Shown here: in pieces, positions 39,323 through 49,697 of the stretch
Position numbering within the stretch: the first letter of the stretch is position 1
How the letters are laid out: each line of letters begins with the position of its first letter
Assembly (NCBI GenBank): GCA_963695245.1
Contig: OY968770.1
Location: 1,916,704 to 1,980,703 of the forward strand
Direction: 5' to 3'
Length of the DNA stretch: 64,000 nucleotides
From: an uncultured Gammaproteobacteria bacterium
GTDB lineage: Bacteria; Pseudomonadota; Gammaproteobacteria; JBGSLN01
Notes under the pieces: model-generated
What the model was told of the DNA's origin: nothing
What the model saw: the letters and a program-made list of their open reading frames with translations, nothing else
Databases searched by the model: none
Translations under genes and position numbers: made by a program

Positions 39323-39994
39323 TTAAGAATCTGACTTATCATCAGGTTCCTGGAATATTTCGTTACCTAACATACCGTGACGGATGGCAAGGTGAGTTAA
39401 TTCAACATCATTATTGAGCTTTAGTTTTTCAAACAAGCGATAACGATAACTGTTCACGGTTTTAGGACTTAAGCATAGCTTATCAGAGATATCCTGAACT
39501 TTTTGTCCACTGGTTATCATAAGTAAAACCTGTAATTCACGCTCAGAAAGTTTATCAAAAGGCGAGCTTTTTTCATCTCCCAGATTTTTAATGGCCAGTT
39601 GCTGGGCAATCTCAGGACTCATGTAACGTTCATTAGAATATACTTTGCGGATGGCTATAATCATTTCTTCAAAACCACATCCTTTGGTAAGATAGCCCTT
39701 GGCGCCAGCTTGCATAAAGCGTGAAGGAAAAGGTTCTTCGTTACACGAAGTCAGTGCAATGATCTTGATGTTAGGCTGATGCCGAATCATTCTACGACAG
39801 GCTTCTAAGCCACCGATACCAGGCATTTTGACATCCATAAGTACTACATCGGGTTCAAATTCACGAGCAATAGAAAGAGCCTGCTCGCCACTTTCGGCTT
39901 CGCCAATAATTTTGATATCACCCACATCCGTTAGTAGTTTCTTAATGCCGATTCTCAACAGCTCATGGTCATCGACAATTAATACTTTAATCAA
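39323..39994 (-). CDS. uvrY: Response regulator UvrY/GacA/LetA
   Basis: [41 protein letters not shown]; directly upstream of uvrC; TTG start. Confidence 0.93.
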   Translation of the reverse strand: MIKVLIVDDHELLRIGIKKLLTDVGDIKIIGEAESGEQALSIAREFEPDVVLMDVKMPGIGGLEACRRMIRHQPNIKIIALTSCNEEPFPSRFMQAGAKGYLTKGCGFEEMIIAIRKVYSNERYMSPEIAQQLAIKNLGDEKSSPFDKLSERELQVLLMITSGQKVQDISDKLCLSPKTVNSYRYRLFEKLKLNNDVELTHLAIRHGMLGNEIFQEPDDKSDS

Positions 39995-40019
39995 AAGAGC
40001 TTCCCGTTCGTCAATTGTC

Positions 40020-40107
40020 TGGCGGAGAGGCAGGGATTCGAACCCTGGGAAGGTTGCCCTTCAACGGTTTTCAAGACCGCCGCTTTCGACCACTCAGCCA
40101 CCTCTCC
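40020..40107 (-). tRNA. tRNA-Ser(TGA)
   Basis: GGAGAGGTGGCTGAGTGGTCGAAAGCGGCGGTCTTGAAAACCG...CCA, long variable arm. Confidence 0.95.
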
Positions 40108-40284
40108 AAATAAAATTGACTTGGAATTGTTTATCCCAAGACAATCAATGATAATTGAATTTTGTTAAGAATTCAAAGTATTTATGCTATAACGTCATTA
40201 GTGTGCAACAAACATTTAACTTTTGTTCTAACTAAAGCGTTAGTGTCGCCAAAATCCTATTACAAATTTGGAGATTTATTCTTT

Positions 40285-40683
40285 ATGAGTTATTCAAGAG
40301 ATTATTGTATTTTACTTACAAGTTCTGCTCAAAACTCACTGAAACAAATTCAGGCGTTGCAAGCCTGTAATGAGCTAATTACACAAAATCAGACAATTAG
40401 CCTGCTTTTTTTGCAAAATGACGCGGTTTTTCTCGGAAATCGCTTTTGTGTTATGCCAGAAGAAGAGCAAAATTTGAATCTTCTTTGGCATGAATTTATT
40501 ATCAAACATAACCTGAATGCTCATATTTGCGTTAATAGCGCCCTTAGAAGAGGTATTTTAGATAATCAATATGCCAAAATTTACCAAGCAGGCGCTGCCA
40601 ATCTATTAAAAGGATATAAAATGTCCACTTTAAGCATATTGTTTCAAGCCCTGGAAACCTGCGACAGGTTTATGCAATTATGA
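40285..40683 (+). CDS. tusD: Sulfur relay protein TusD/DsrE
   Basis: LLFLQNDAV, ICVNSALRRG (catalytic Cys); start set at MSYSRD (40285). Confidence 0.8.
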   Translation: MSYSRDYCILLTSSAQNSLKQIQALQACNELITQNQTISLLFLQNDAVFLGNRFCVMPEEEQNLNLLWHEFIIKHNLNAHICVNSALRRGILDNQYAKIYQAGAANLLKGYKMSTLSILFQALETCDRFMQL

Positions 40684-41024
40684 AAAAAATTCTTTTTATC
40701 ATCACCCATCCACCCTATCATACTTTTGTTTCACAGGAGTTTCTTGATACCATTTTATTTGCTGCCAGTTTTGGGATGGCAGTTTCGGTACTATTTAAGG
40801 ACTCAGGTCTTATGCATTTGGATCCTGCGATTAACGCGCCCATAAAATATAAAAATGTTTTGCAACAGATTAAAGGATTTAAGCACTTTGATATCAAAAA
40901 ACTTTATCTTTATGTACCAGGTAAAAAACCACTTAATCACAGCGATTTAGAACTGACAGAATTACAAGATTTAACAGGGTTTTTTCGACAGTTTGACTTT
41001 GTAATCTTTGACGAAAAGCCATGA
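40680..41024 (+). CDS. tusC: Sulfur relay protein TusC/DsrF
   Basis: KKILFIITHPPY...AASFGMAVSVLFKDSGLMHL; ATGA overlap with tusD. Confidence 0.75.
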   Translation: MKKILFIITHPPYHTFVSQEFLDTILFAASFGMAVSVLFKDSGLMHLDPAINAPIKYKNVLQQIKGFKHFDIKKLYLYVPGKKPLNHSDLELTELQDLTGFFRQFDFVIFDEKP

Positions 41025-41353
41025 ACTACCTTGAAATTGATGAACAGCGATTAGCGTTAGACATCCATGGATTTTTAGTTGAGCGGAAACTTTGGAATAA
41101 AACCATTGCTCAGGCACTGGCGCAAAAAGCAGGCATTAACTTAACGCCCGAACACTGGCAGATTATTGAATTTTTGAGGGGTTTTTACCAGGAATATCAT
41201 ATAATTCCTCCACTTAGAATTTTTATTAAAAATTTAAAAGAAGTTGACAAAGATTTAGCAAACAGTATTAAATTACATTCGCTTTTTCCAGAAAGCCCAC
41301 TCAAATACGCCTGCATGATTGCAGGTTTGCCTAAACCAAAACACTGTATGTAA
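41021..41353 (+). CDS. tusE: Sulfurtransferase TusE/DsrC
   Basis: LDIHGFL..W, LTPEHWQII.FLR.FY, LFP..PLKYAC.IAGLPKP..CM C-terminal Cys. Confidence 0.9.
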   Translation: MNYLEIDEQRLALDIHGFLVERKLWNKTIAQALAQKAGINLTPEHWQIIEFLRGFYQEYHIIPPLRIFIKNLKEVDKDLANSIKLHSLFPESPLKYACMIAGLPKPKHCM

Positions 41354-41409
41354 AGCAAGATTTCTATCTTAAAGAGTTGGGTAGATTTAAAACTGAATTA
41401 TATTAGAAG

Positions 41410-41485
41410 TGGTGGGCCGTCTGAGGTTCGAACTCAGGACACGCGGGTTAAAAGCCCGCTGCTCTGCCGACTGAGCTAACGGCCC
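41410..41485 (-). tRNA. tRNA-Lys(TTT)
   Basis: GGGCCGTTAGCTCAGTCGGCAGAGCAGCGGGCTTTTAACCCGC...GTTCGAAC...CCCACCA. Confidence 0.93.
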
Positions 41486-41590
41486 ACAAGAGGTTGATAT
41501 CATACCGTTTTTTTCAAAAATTACAACCGTTTTTTTGAATTTTTTTTATTTTTAGGATTTACGAAACACTACGTATTAAAATCGAAATTA

Positions 41591-41705
41591 ATCAATGTAG
41601 GTTGGACTGACGTAGGAAGCCCAACAGGGTATATTCATTTAATTACGGCCTTTTTAGTTGCCACGACCTGTTGGGCTTCCTACGTCAGTCCAACCTACAT
41701 TGATT
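41591..41705. repeat. REP doublet copy 4
   Basis: ATCAATGTAGGTTGGACTGACGTAGGAAGCCCAACAGG ... CCTGTTGGGCTTCCTACGTCAGTCCAACCTACATTGAT; spacer nearly identical to copy 1. Confidence 0.87.
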
Positions 41706-41831
41706 TTGCCTGTAAATCTAAGTTTTTCGTCCTGATTTTTAATGTATTTCAGTAATTACCAAGGAAATATCACAAATATGGGTAGACTTTTTGTTTAAAT
41801 AATCTTTGCTCCCACTATTCGCACACTTTCC

Positions 41832-42467
41832 TTAAACCCCTGGCTTTTCACCCCATATAGCCTTATGTAATTGAAGTTGCATTCTCACAGCCAGTGAATC
41901 TTCCAAAATCCATTGCGCTAAAGACTTTGCATCCACTTGATGATAACTCGGTGAGAATAAAATATGACATCTTTCTAGAAGCGCGTGTTTTTCTATAAAA
42001 TCTTTGCTCCATTCGTAGTCTTCTTTTGAGCAAATAACAAATTTAAGTTGATCCATAGGATTTAGCTGAGCCAGATTTGACAATTTATTTTGATGTGACT
42101 CTTTTGAACCCGGTGTCTTAATGTCTATCACTTTTACTACCTGTTCATTGACTAAAGCTACATCAATGGCACCACTGGTTTCAAGTGAAACCGTATAATT
42201 TTGTTCAATAAGTGCGTCCATGAGGTCTATGCATTGCTTTTGAGCCAAAGGTTCTCCGCCGGTGACGGTGACGAAACGAGTTTTATAAACTTTAATTTCG
42301 GATAGAATTTCTGTGATTGAACGCCGGGTTCCGCCGGAAAAGGCATAAGTCGTATCACAGTATTGACAGCGAAGTGGGCAGCCAGTTAACCGGATAAAAA
42401 TAGTGGGCAGACCAACAAAAGTTGATTCACCCTGTATGGAATAAAAAATTTCTTTGATTCTTAACAC
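41832..42467 (-). CDS. queE: 7-carboxy-7-deazaguanine synthase
   Basis: EIFYSIQGE, RLTGCPLRCQYCDT radical SAM motif, TGGEPL, LQLHK. Confidence 0.94.
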   Translation of the reverse strand: MLRIKEIFYSIQGESTFVGLPTIFIRLTGCPLRCQYCDTTYAFSGGTRRSITEILSEIKVYKTRFVTVTGGEPLAQKQCIDLMDALIEQNYTVSLETSGAIDVALVNEQVVKVIDIKTPGSKESHQNKLSNLAQLNPMDQLKFVICSKEDYEWSKDFIEKHALLERCHILFSPSYHQVDAKSLAQWILEDSLAVRMQLQLHKAIWGEKPGV

Positions 42468-42471
42468 GATA

Positions 42472-43311
42472 CTATGATGAGCTTATTTTAGGGTTAATAC
42501 TTTTTTTAGGTTGAATAGACTGGCTAATCACCTGAAGACGGTTTTGAGCAAGTTGCGCCACTGAAGAGTCAGGATATTGTTGTAATACTCTCTCTAGTTG
42601 GCTTTTGGCTTTTTCAAGTTGACCATTGTCAGCATATATAAATCCAAGTTTAAGCAACGCATCGGGAACCTTATTGCTCGATGGATAATTTTGAACAACA
42701 GTAGTAAATTCACTTGCTGCTTTTCGAGCGCTATTTTGAATTAAATAAATTTCACCCGCCCAAAAGTGAGCATTTGAAACATAACGTCCTTGAGGAAATT
42801 GCTTTAGATAAGTTTGAAAAGCGGACAGAGCGTCGCTATATTTTTTTTGAGAAACTAATGTATAAGCATTTTCGTAAGCCTGATAGTCTGTTTGAGAAAT
42901 ATTCACAGATTTATTAGCAGGTTTATTAGTTGGTGCTTGCATTGAACTCATATTAGGTTTAGAGCTATCGGTTTTTTTTACAAGTTGCGCTTTTAATAAA
43001 GTTATCTCATGAGATTGCTGTTGAAGCTCTCCCGTTAAAGTCTGAATTTGTTGCTGCAAGTTTTCTATTTGCTGTGGGAAGTCTTGTTTAAGTTGAAAAT
43101 TCAATTGTTGCTGTAATTTAGCTAGCTTTTGATTTGTAGATAAGTTTGCAAAATCATTAGATGCATTATCAGCGGTAGTATCACCTGCAGAGCTTTGTGT
43201 TGTAAAATCAGGTTGAGGACTCACAACGGGTGCTGGATCCGCAAATACGGATCCATAGCCAAAAGATGCACTTATCAGTAAAGCGCTTAAAGTTGAAATA
43301 TGTTTTCGCAA
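42472..43311 (-). CDS. cpoB: Cell division coordinator CpoB (YbgF)
   Basis: Signal peptide, coiled coil, TPR (NAHFWAGE, KVPDALLKLG); downstream of pal. Confidence 0.92.
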   Translation of the reverse strand: MRKHISTLSALLISASFGYGSVFADPAPVVSPQPDFTTQSSAGDTTADNASNDFANLSTNQKLAKLQQQLNFQLKQDFPQQIENLQQQIQTLTGELQQQSHEITLLKAQLVKKTDSSKPNMSSMQAPTNKPANKSVNISQTDYQAYENAYTLVSQKKYSDALSAFQTYLKQFPQGRYVSNAHFWAGEIYLIQNSARKAASEFTTVVQNYPSSNKVPDALLKLGFIYADNGQLEKAKSQLERVLQQYPDSSVAQLAQNRLQVISQSIQPKKSINPKISSS

Positions 43312-43323
43312 GAGAGACTCCGT

Positions 43324-43854
43324 TTAATTAGGACGATAGGTTAAATCCACCCGTCTGTTTTTAGCATAGGCTTTGGCGGTATGTCCAAGCGCAATAGGAC
43401 GCATATCACCATAGCTGATATAATGAATTTGTTTGTCGTTAACCCCATTAGATTCCAGAATTTTTACAACTGCTAATGCTCTTCGCTCACCTAATGCCAT
43501 ATTATACTCATGACTGCCTCTGGCATCGGTATTGCCTGCTACAAGAATATTCACCCGTGGATGTGAAATTAGATAATTTGCTTGCGCCTGAATTGACGGC
43601 AGATATTTTGCACGTACAATACTTTTATTAAAGGCAAAGTAATAAGATTGATTATGTGGAGCCTTTAGCAATACTGCATCTGAAACATTCATTGCCTGCA
43701 CGCCATACTGTTTACCAAGCCCTGAAGTACTCAAAGTACTGGCATTGCCATTAGGACCATAAGCTGAATTAAATCCTCCAGTGGTACTACAGGCAGCCAA
43801 TGCCAAAAAACCGATGCCAGTTATCGTTGTTGTGAGTATTTTTTTTATCTTCAT
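43324..43854 (-). CDS. pal: Peptidoglycan-associated lipoprotein
   Basis: Lipobox LAACS; GNTDARGSHEYNMALGERRA; KNRRV. Confidence 0.93.
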   Translation of the reverse strand: MKIKKILTTTITGIGFLALAACSTTGGFNSAYGPNGNASTLSTSGLGKQYGVQAMNVSDAVLLKAPHNQSYYFAFNKSIVRAKYLPSIQAQANYLISHPRVNILVAGNTDARGSHEYNMALGERRALAVVKILESNGVNDKQIHYISYGDMRPIALGHTAKAYAKNRRVDLTYRPN

Positions 43855-43872
43855 AATAACCTCGTGTAATTA

Positions 43873-45183
43873 TTAATTCATAGGTGACCAGGCAGGCTCA
43901 AGTACTGAACCTTCTGGTGTTGGTAAAGTGAAATTGGCAGAACCATCGGTAGAGACTACTTGCAAGGCGCTGTTCAACTTAGCATCATTGGCGTAAACGA
44001 CCATTTGTCCATTTGGCGCAACACTTGGGGTTGAGTCAAACTTGTTGTGCGTTAATACTTTTAAATTACCGGTTTTTAAGTTTTGTATGGCAATATTAAA
44101 ACCTTCAGCACCTCGATGCAATACAACAATCGAATGACCATCCGCAGTAAAAGAAGCTCTTGCATTGTAATTACCGGTAAATGTTAAACGTTGAATCTGC
44201 TGAGAAGCTAAATTGTACTGATAAATCTGCGGAGTCCCACCTCTATTTGAGGTAAAAATAATAGATTTTCCATCCGGTGCAAAAGCAGGTTCTGTGTCGA
44301 TAGAATAACCATGGGTCAACTGTGTGAGTTTACCGTTAGCCAGATGATATAGGTATACTTTTGGATGTCCGGTTTTAGATAAAACAATGGCAAGATTCTG
44401 TGAGTTTGGAGACCACGCTGGTGCACCGTTAATGCCTGGAAAATCTGAAATCAATCTTTGCTGCCCTGAGGCAACGCTCACCAAATAAATAGAAGCTTTA
44501 TCATTTGCTAAAGAAACATAAGCAATTTCTTTTCCGTTGGGTGACCAGGCTGGTGACATGAGTGGTTCATTGGATTGAACCAGTGTCTGAGGTTTGTAAC
44601 CATCTGCATCGGCAACTTCAAGATAATATTGTGGCAAACTGTTTAGCGGTCTTTTTACCAAAACATAAGCGATACGAGTGTTAAAAATGCCCTTAATGCC
44701 AGTCAATTCTTGATAAATAGCATTACTGATTTTGTGTGCAGCAAACCTTAAGGCGGGCTTTGGTACTGTAAAGGATTGACTCAATACTACCCCACTTTTT
44801 TTATGCTTGACTAACACAAGATTCATTAACTGATAAGTCACCTTGAATGTGCCATCATTGTTTTCAGTGACTTGTCCTTTAACCAAATAATCATAATGCT
44901 GCTTTAACCAAAGCTCAGGCTGCAATTGACTTGCGCTTAAGTTTTGCTGAGGCATATCTGCAAAGGCCATGGTTTTAAAATGCCCCGTACTTGCGAGATC
45001 CTGGTTGATGATTTGGGCAATATTATCATCTTTATCAGATATTAAGTTTTGTCCTGAAAAAGGGACTATAGCAATCGGTAGTGCCGCTTTAATACCATCA
45101 TTTAATGTAATATGTAATTCAGCAAAGCTTAAAGGGCTTAAAATGCTTAATAAGATAAAAAAAATGATTTTTAACCTTTTCAT
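43873..45183 (-). CDS. tolB: Tol-Pal beta-propeller protein TolB
   Basis: PIAIVPF, TRIAYV, repeated SPAWSPNG / APAWSP / EPAFAPDG. Confidence 0.95.
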   Translation of the reverse strand: MKRLKIIFFILLSILSPLSFAELHITLNDGIKAALPIAIVPFSGQNLISDKDDNIAQIINQDLASTGHFKTMAFADMPQQNLSASQLQPELWLKQHYDYLVKGQVTENNDGTFKVTYQLMNLVLVKHKKSGVVLSQSFTVPKPALRFAAHKISNAIYQELTGIKGIFNTRIAYVLVKRPLNSLPQYYLEVADADGYKPQTLVQSNEPLMSPAWSPNGKEIAYVSLANDKASIYLVSVASGQQRLISDFPGINGAPAWSPNSQNLAIVLSKTGHPKVYLYHLANGKLTQLTHGYSIDTEPAFAPDGKSIIFTSNRGGTPQIYQYNLASQQIQRLTFTGNYNARASFTADGHSIVVLHRGAEGFNIAIQNLKTGNLKVLTHNKFDSTPSVAPNGQMVVYANDAKLNSALQVVSTDGSANFTLPTPEGSVLEPAWSPMN

Positions 45184-45210
45184 AATGAAAGTGCCTCAAC
45201 AGTTTCTGGT

Positions 45211-46107
45211 TTAAGATGGATGCATAGTAATAGAAAATTGCCTGAATTGCTTTAAAGCTTCCGAATTATTGGTTGGCAAAGGTAAAGGTGATGCTTTTAA
45301 CACTGCAAGCCTTGCGGATTGATCCAGTGCTTTATCACCGCTGGAGTTTACAATGTTCACTTGCGTTACTTGACCTGAGTCAGTGGTGTCTATCTGCAAA
45401 GTCACTTGCATTTGCGAAGTCGCATTGGGCGGTTCAAGCCAATTATTGTGAATGGCCATTCGTACCAATGCCACATATTTGTTCACAATACCATCAATAT
45501 ATTGGGCTTTGGCAGCTGCCAACTGCTGTTTTTCCTCTGCCAGTTGTTTTGCTAACAGGGCTTTCGCATCTTGAGTTTTTTGTTTTGCCTGAGCCATTTT
45601 CAGTTGTTTTTGTTTGAGTTCAGCTAATTTTTTTTGTTGAGATTTAAAATTCGATAAAGCTTGAGTCTGCTTTTTCTCTAGATCATTCAAGTGGTGTTGA
45701 GCAAGTTCTTGTGCTTTTTTAATCACCTCAAGCCGTTTACGGGCTGCGCGCTGCTCATGGGCTTGCTCTTTTTTCAATGATAGGTTCTTTTCACGGAGGT
45801 TTTGCAGGCTTTTAAGTTCTCTAGCTCTTAATGTTTTGGCTTCATCTGCCAAACGTTGCAGCTTTTCAAGGTGTTCACGCTGAGCTTTTTGTTTGGCAAG
45901 GCGTTCCGCCTTTAAGTGATTAACTTCTGATTCTACTTGTTGCTGATTAATAGCAACAGCATGAACAATTTGTTTTGCCTGGCCTTTTTTCAAAACATAA
46001 GGCTTATCAGAATTGAATAAAACACTTGTGAATAAAATCAAAAAAAGCAGAATATGGGCGAATAATGAAATCCCAAAGCTTAGTCTGAAACTGTTTGCTT
46101 GAGCCAT
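45211..46107 (-). CDS. tolA: Cell envelope integrity protein TolA
   Basis: N-terminal TM with S..AH, long Ala/Lys/Gln coiled region, C-terminal SSGD.ALD.SA..AV.KASPLP. Confidence 0.9.
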   Translation of the reverse strand: MAQANSFRLSFGISLFAHILLFLILFTSVLFNSDKPYVLKKGQAKQIVHAVAINQQQVESEVNHLKAERLAKQKAQREHLEKLQRLADEAKTLRARELKSLQNLREKNLSLKKEQAHEQRAARKRLEVIKKAQELAQHHLNDLEKKQTQALSNFKSQQKKLAELKQKQLKMAQAKQKTQDAKALLAKQLAEEKQQLAAAKAQYIDGIVNKYVALVRMAIHNNWLEPPNATSQMQVTLQIDTTDSGQVTQVNIVNSSGDKALDQSARLAVLKASPLPLPTNNSEALKQFRQFSITMHPS

Positions 46108-46112
46108 AAAAA

Positions 46113-46565
46113 TCAGCCTGTTTGATTTGTCTGGTTTACAGGGGTGGTCATCAGTCCCACATGAGCTACACCGGATTTTTGTAATAAAACCATTGCCTGC
46201 ACAACTTTTCCGTAATCCACTTGATTATCTCCCTTAATAAGAACTGGGCGATTCAAGTGTTCTTCTTTATCCAGCATAATTTCAGCAGCAACACGAGTTG
46301 CCAGTGACTGTGCACTTAGCGGTTGCTGTGGATGAGCGGTGATATTTAAAAAATATTCCCCCTGCTTATTGACAGAAACTACGATGGGAGTCTGATTTTT
46401 TACTTTAATTGGATTGGATTGGGCTTTCGGCAGATTGATTTTAACCCCCTGTGTTAACAAAGGCGTCGTAATCATAAAGATTACTAATAACACCAGCATA
46501 ACATCAATGTAGGGAACCACATTGATTTCAGCTAAAATGCCTCTTCTTTTGCCTCGGGTACTCAT
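46113..46565 (-). CDS. tolR: TolR
   Basis: EINVVPYIDVMLVLLVIFMITTP. Confidence 0.95.
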   Translation of the reverse strand: MSTRGKRRGILAEINVVPYIDVMLVLLVIFMITTPLLTQGVKINLPKAQSNPIKVKNQTPIVVSVNKQGEYFLNITAHPQQPLSAQSLATRVAAEIMLDKEEHLNRPVLIKGDNQVDYGKVVQAMVLLQKSGVAHVGLMTTPVNQTNQTG

Positions 46566-47266
46566 GAAGCGTTTCCTTTTACAGGTGATTGCGGAAGTTC
46601 ACACTGACGATAAAGTAATGCTGTAAATTCTTCTTGAAATGTATCGTAATTTGATTCAAGTCGCTCAATTTCATCTGCATAGCGATTGTAGGCAACCACA
46701 GCAGGTATGGCTGCAAATAAACCCATAGCTGTTGCAATCAAAGCTTCCGATATACCGGGAGCCACCATGGAAATAGTAGCTTGTTGAACACTGCCCAGAG
46801 AGTGGAAAACCGTCATAATTCCCCAAACGGTGCCAAAAAGTCCAACATAAGGACTGGTTGAGCCAATAGTGGCAAGTATTGCCAGATTTTTTTCTAAAGC
46901 CTCCACACCTCGGGTTTTAGCAACTTTCATGGCGCGTTTTGCACCCTGCAAAGCTGCGTCACCGGAGCAACCGATTCTGGTAGAAGTTTTGTTAAATTCT
47001 CTCAAGCCAGAACGAAAAATATTCTGTAGTCCGTAAATAGGGTCAATGGTTTCGGGCATTTTGCTGTATAGCTTATTGAATTCGATACCAGACCAGAATT
47101 GCTCTTCAAATTTTTTAAAATTGGCTCGAGATTTTTTTAGCAGTAAACCGCGCTGGATAATTAAGGCCCAGGATAAAACGGAAGCTGCAAAAAGCAACAA
47201 TAAAACGAATTTTACCATTACGCCAGCATGGGCAAAGTATGCCCAAAGCGAGTTATCCATTGTCAT
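46562..47266 (-). CDS. tolQ: TolQ
   Basis: LATIGSTSPYVGLFGTVWGIM, PGISEALIATAMGLFAAIPAV. Confidence 0.96.
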   Translation of the reverse strand: MTMDNSLWAYFAHAGVMVKFVLLLLFAASVLSWALIIQRGLLLKKSRANFKKFEEQFWSGIEFNKLYSKMPETIDPIYGLQNIFRSGLREFNKTSTRIGCSGDAALQGAKRAMKVAKTRGVEALEKNLAILATIGSTSPYVGLFGTVWGIMTVFHSLGSVQQATISMVAPGISEALIATAMGLFAAIPAVVAYNRYADEIERLESNYDTFQEEFTALLYRQCELPQSPVKGNAS

Positions 47267-47467
47267 ATGATTCTCCGCATTTGGAATTTATAGGACTGAT
47301 GCAAAACTATGCACTGAACTCAAAATATTTCTAAAGTCCGAATATCTCAGTCCGTGCTTTAGTGTTCCTTTAAAAGTAAATTAGCTTATCATGTATTTGG
47401 CAAATTTTCACCAGAATATTCTAAGGTTTGATTGCAACTTGTTTTCAGACTGATTTTATAAACTGCT

Positions 47468-48511
47468 CTACTCTATTAGCGATTGCTGGGTATCCACAAA
47501 CTGAAGTGCATTAGGGGCTTTTAGGCCAAAGTGTGTATAAGCCATTTTGGTCGCCACTCTACCTCTTGGGGTACGCATTAAAAAACCTTTTTGGATTAAA
47601 TACGGCTCTATCACATCTTCGATGGTGCCTTTTTCCTCACTAATAGCTGCAGCCATGGATTCAACACCGACGGGGCCACCATCGAACTTTTCAATCAGGC
47701 TGAGCAACAGTTTTCTGTCCATCATGTCAAAACCATGTACATCAACATCGAGCAAATCCAATGCTTTGTCTGCGATAGATTTATTTACGCTGCCATCTGC
47801 TTTAACTTCTGCAAAATCTCTAACCCGTCTAAGCAGGCGATTGGCAATTCGAGGCGTACCACGGGCGCGTTTGGCAATTTCACGGGCACCCTCTTTTTCT
47901 ATGGTCATGCCCAGTATTTTACCAGAGCGCATAACAATGGTTGTGAGATCTGCTAAATCATAAAATTCGAGACGCTGCACAATACCAAATCGATCTCTTA
48001 AAGGTGATGTGAGCAAACCCGCTCGTGTAGTTGCGCCAACCAAGGTAAATGGGGGTAAATCCAGTTTAATAGAACGAGCTGCAGGCCCTTCCCCAATCAT
48101 AATATCCAGCTGATAATCTTCCATAGCAGGATATAAAATTTCTTCTACCATGGGACTTAAACGATGAATTTCATCCACAAATAAAACATTATGCGCTTCA
48201 AGGTTCGTGAGTAATGCGGCTAAATCGCCTGGGCGTTCTAAAACTGGTCCCGATGTTTGTTTTAATTCAACCCCCATTTCATTGGCAATAATGTTGGCTA
48301 AAGTAGTTTTTCCAAGGCCGGGTGGCCCAAAGATTAACACATGATCCAAGGCTTCCTGTCGGTTTCTAGCAGCATGAATAAAAATTTCCATTTGTTCTCT
48401 AACCGCTTTTTGTCCCGTATAATCTTTCAGACATATGGGACGTATGGCTCTATCAATAACTTCTTCATTTTGCTTTGGCGTGGAAGTAATCAGTCGTTCG
48501 GTTTCTAACAT
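47468..48511 (-). CDS. ruvB: Holliday junction branch migration helicase RuvB
   Basis: [39 protein letters not shown]. Confidence 0.98.
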   Translation of the reverse strand: MLETERLITSTPKQNEEVIDRAIRPICLKDYTGQKAVREQMEIFIHAARNRQEALDHVLIFGPPGLGKTTLANIIANEMGVELKQTSGPVLERPGDLAALLTNLEAHNVLFVDEIHRLSPMVEEILYPAMEDYQLDIMIGEGPAARSIKLDLPPFTLVGATTRAGLLTSPLRDRFGIVQRLEFYDLADLTTIVMRSGKILGMTIEKEGAREIAKRARGTPRIANRLLRRVRDFAEVKADGSVNKSIADKALDLLDVDVHGFDMMDRKLLLSLIEKFDGGPVGVESMAAAISEEKGTIEDVIEPYLIQKGFLMRTPRGRVATKMAYTHFGLKAPNALQFVDTQQSLIE

Positions 48512-48571
48512 GATATCCCAATAAAAGTTCTATTTTTGTTCTCTTCAAAAGAGTATCAGAGATTGCCCTGG

Positions 48572-49171
48572 CTAAGCAATACTTTTTAGTGCAAGCCGAA
48601 TAATATCTTGTGTATTCAATGCAGTAATATCCAGTTTTGCAATGACTTTACTGGCTTCCTGCGGTTTGTATCCCAATGCAACCAGTGCACTGATAGCCTC
48701 TTGTTCAGGTAAATTAATATTTAGACCTGAAAATGTATCTGAGGCACAGGTTTGATTATCCGAGAAACTTTGTTTTAATTTATCTCGCATTTCAACCAAT
48801 AAACGTTCCGCTGTTTTTTTACCGACTCCGGGCAACTTAACTAAAGCGGCGTGATTGTTGTCGGCTACATAAGTGGCGAACTCATTAGGCGTTACGCTGG
48901 ATAAAATAGTTAAGGCAAGTTTTGGGCCTACACCATTAACTTTAACTAAAGTTCTAAATAGACTTCTTTCTGCTTTGTCATAAAATCCATAAAGCAGCTG
49001 TGCATCTTCGCGCACCACAAAGTGAATGTTTAATACAATTTTGTTCCCCGTTTCGGGCAACTGATAAAAAGTATTCATAGACGCATGCACTTCGTACCCT
49101 ACGCCATTCACATCGATTAATAATTCTGGAGGCTGTTTTTCCAAAATAACCCCTTCTATGCGACCTATCAT
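48572..49171 (-). CDS. ruvA: Holliday junction branch migration protein RuvA
   Basis: MIGRIEG...GVGYEV, VREDAQLLYGF, GVGPKLAL; start set at 49171 (ATGA overlap with ruvC). Confidence 0.96.
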   Translation of the reverse strand: MIGRIEGVILEKQPPELLIDVNGVGYEVHASMNTFYQLPETGNKIVLNIHFVVREDAQLLYGFYDKAERSLFRTLVKVNGVGPKLALTILSSVTPNEFATYVADNNHAALVKLPGVGKKTAERLLVEMRDKLKQSFSDNQTCASDTFSGLNINLPEQEAISALVALGYKPQEASKVIAKLDITALNTQDIIRLALKSIA

Positions 49172-49695
49172 CGTAATCGTCCTCTTCTGATTTTTGTTGC
49201 CTGAGCTTTTAACCTTCCCATTCCAAAGCTTGAATTTGCGTGACAAATCGCAATGGCCAGCGCATCCGCGGCATCTGCTTGAGGAACTTGCGTCAAAGAC
49301 AACAGGGTTTTAATCATACTTTGTACTTGAGTTTTTTGTGCGGCTCCATAACCAACCACGGCTTGTTTTACCTGTCTGGCTGAATATTCAGCCATTTCAA
49401 TCGTATGGATTGAAGTGGCGACGATAGCTGCACCTCTGGCCTGTCCGAGTTTTAAGGCACTACCAGCATTTTGATGCATAAAGATCTGCTCAATCGCTGC
49501 ATCATCCGGTTGAAATTCAAAAATAACTTCTCGAATGCCATCGAAGATCTGCTGCAATCTCAAAGCAAAATTTTCTTCCGTAACCTTAATACAACCGCAA
49601 GTGACATATCGATGTCGCAAGCCATCAGACTCAATGATACCAAAACCTGTGATTCTGGAGCCAGGATCAATACCCAAAATTTTTCGTTTTTCCAT
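49168..49695 (-). CDS. ruvC: Crossover junction endodeoxyribonuclease RuvC
   Basis: ILGIDPGSRITGFG, AIEQIF, LGQARG, DAADALAIAICH. Confidence 0.97.
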   Translation of the reverse strand: MEKRKILGIDPGSRITGFGIIESDGLRHRYVTCGCIKVTEENFALRLQQIFDGIREVIFEFQPDDAAIEQIFMHQNAGSALKLGQARGAAIVATSIHTIEMAEYSARQVKQAVVGYGAAQKTQVQSMIKTLLSLTQVPQADAADALAIAICHANSSFGMGRLKAQATKIRRGRLR

Positions 49696-49697
49696 GA

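Noticed and set aside
47267..47467. Absence of ybgC before tolQ (and of pilZ between holB and tatD)
   Set aside because: Common lineage-level variation; no remnant or unusual structure is visible.
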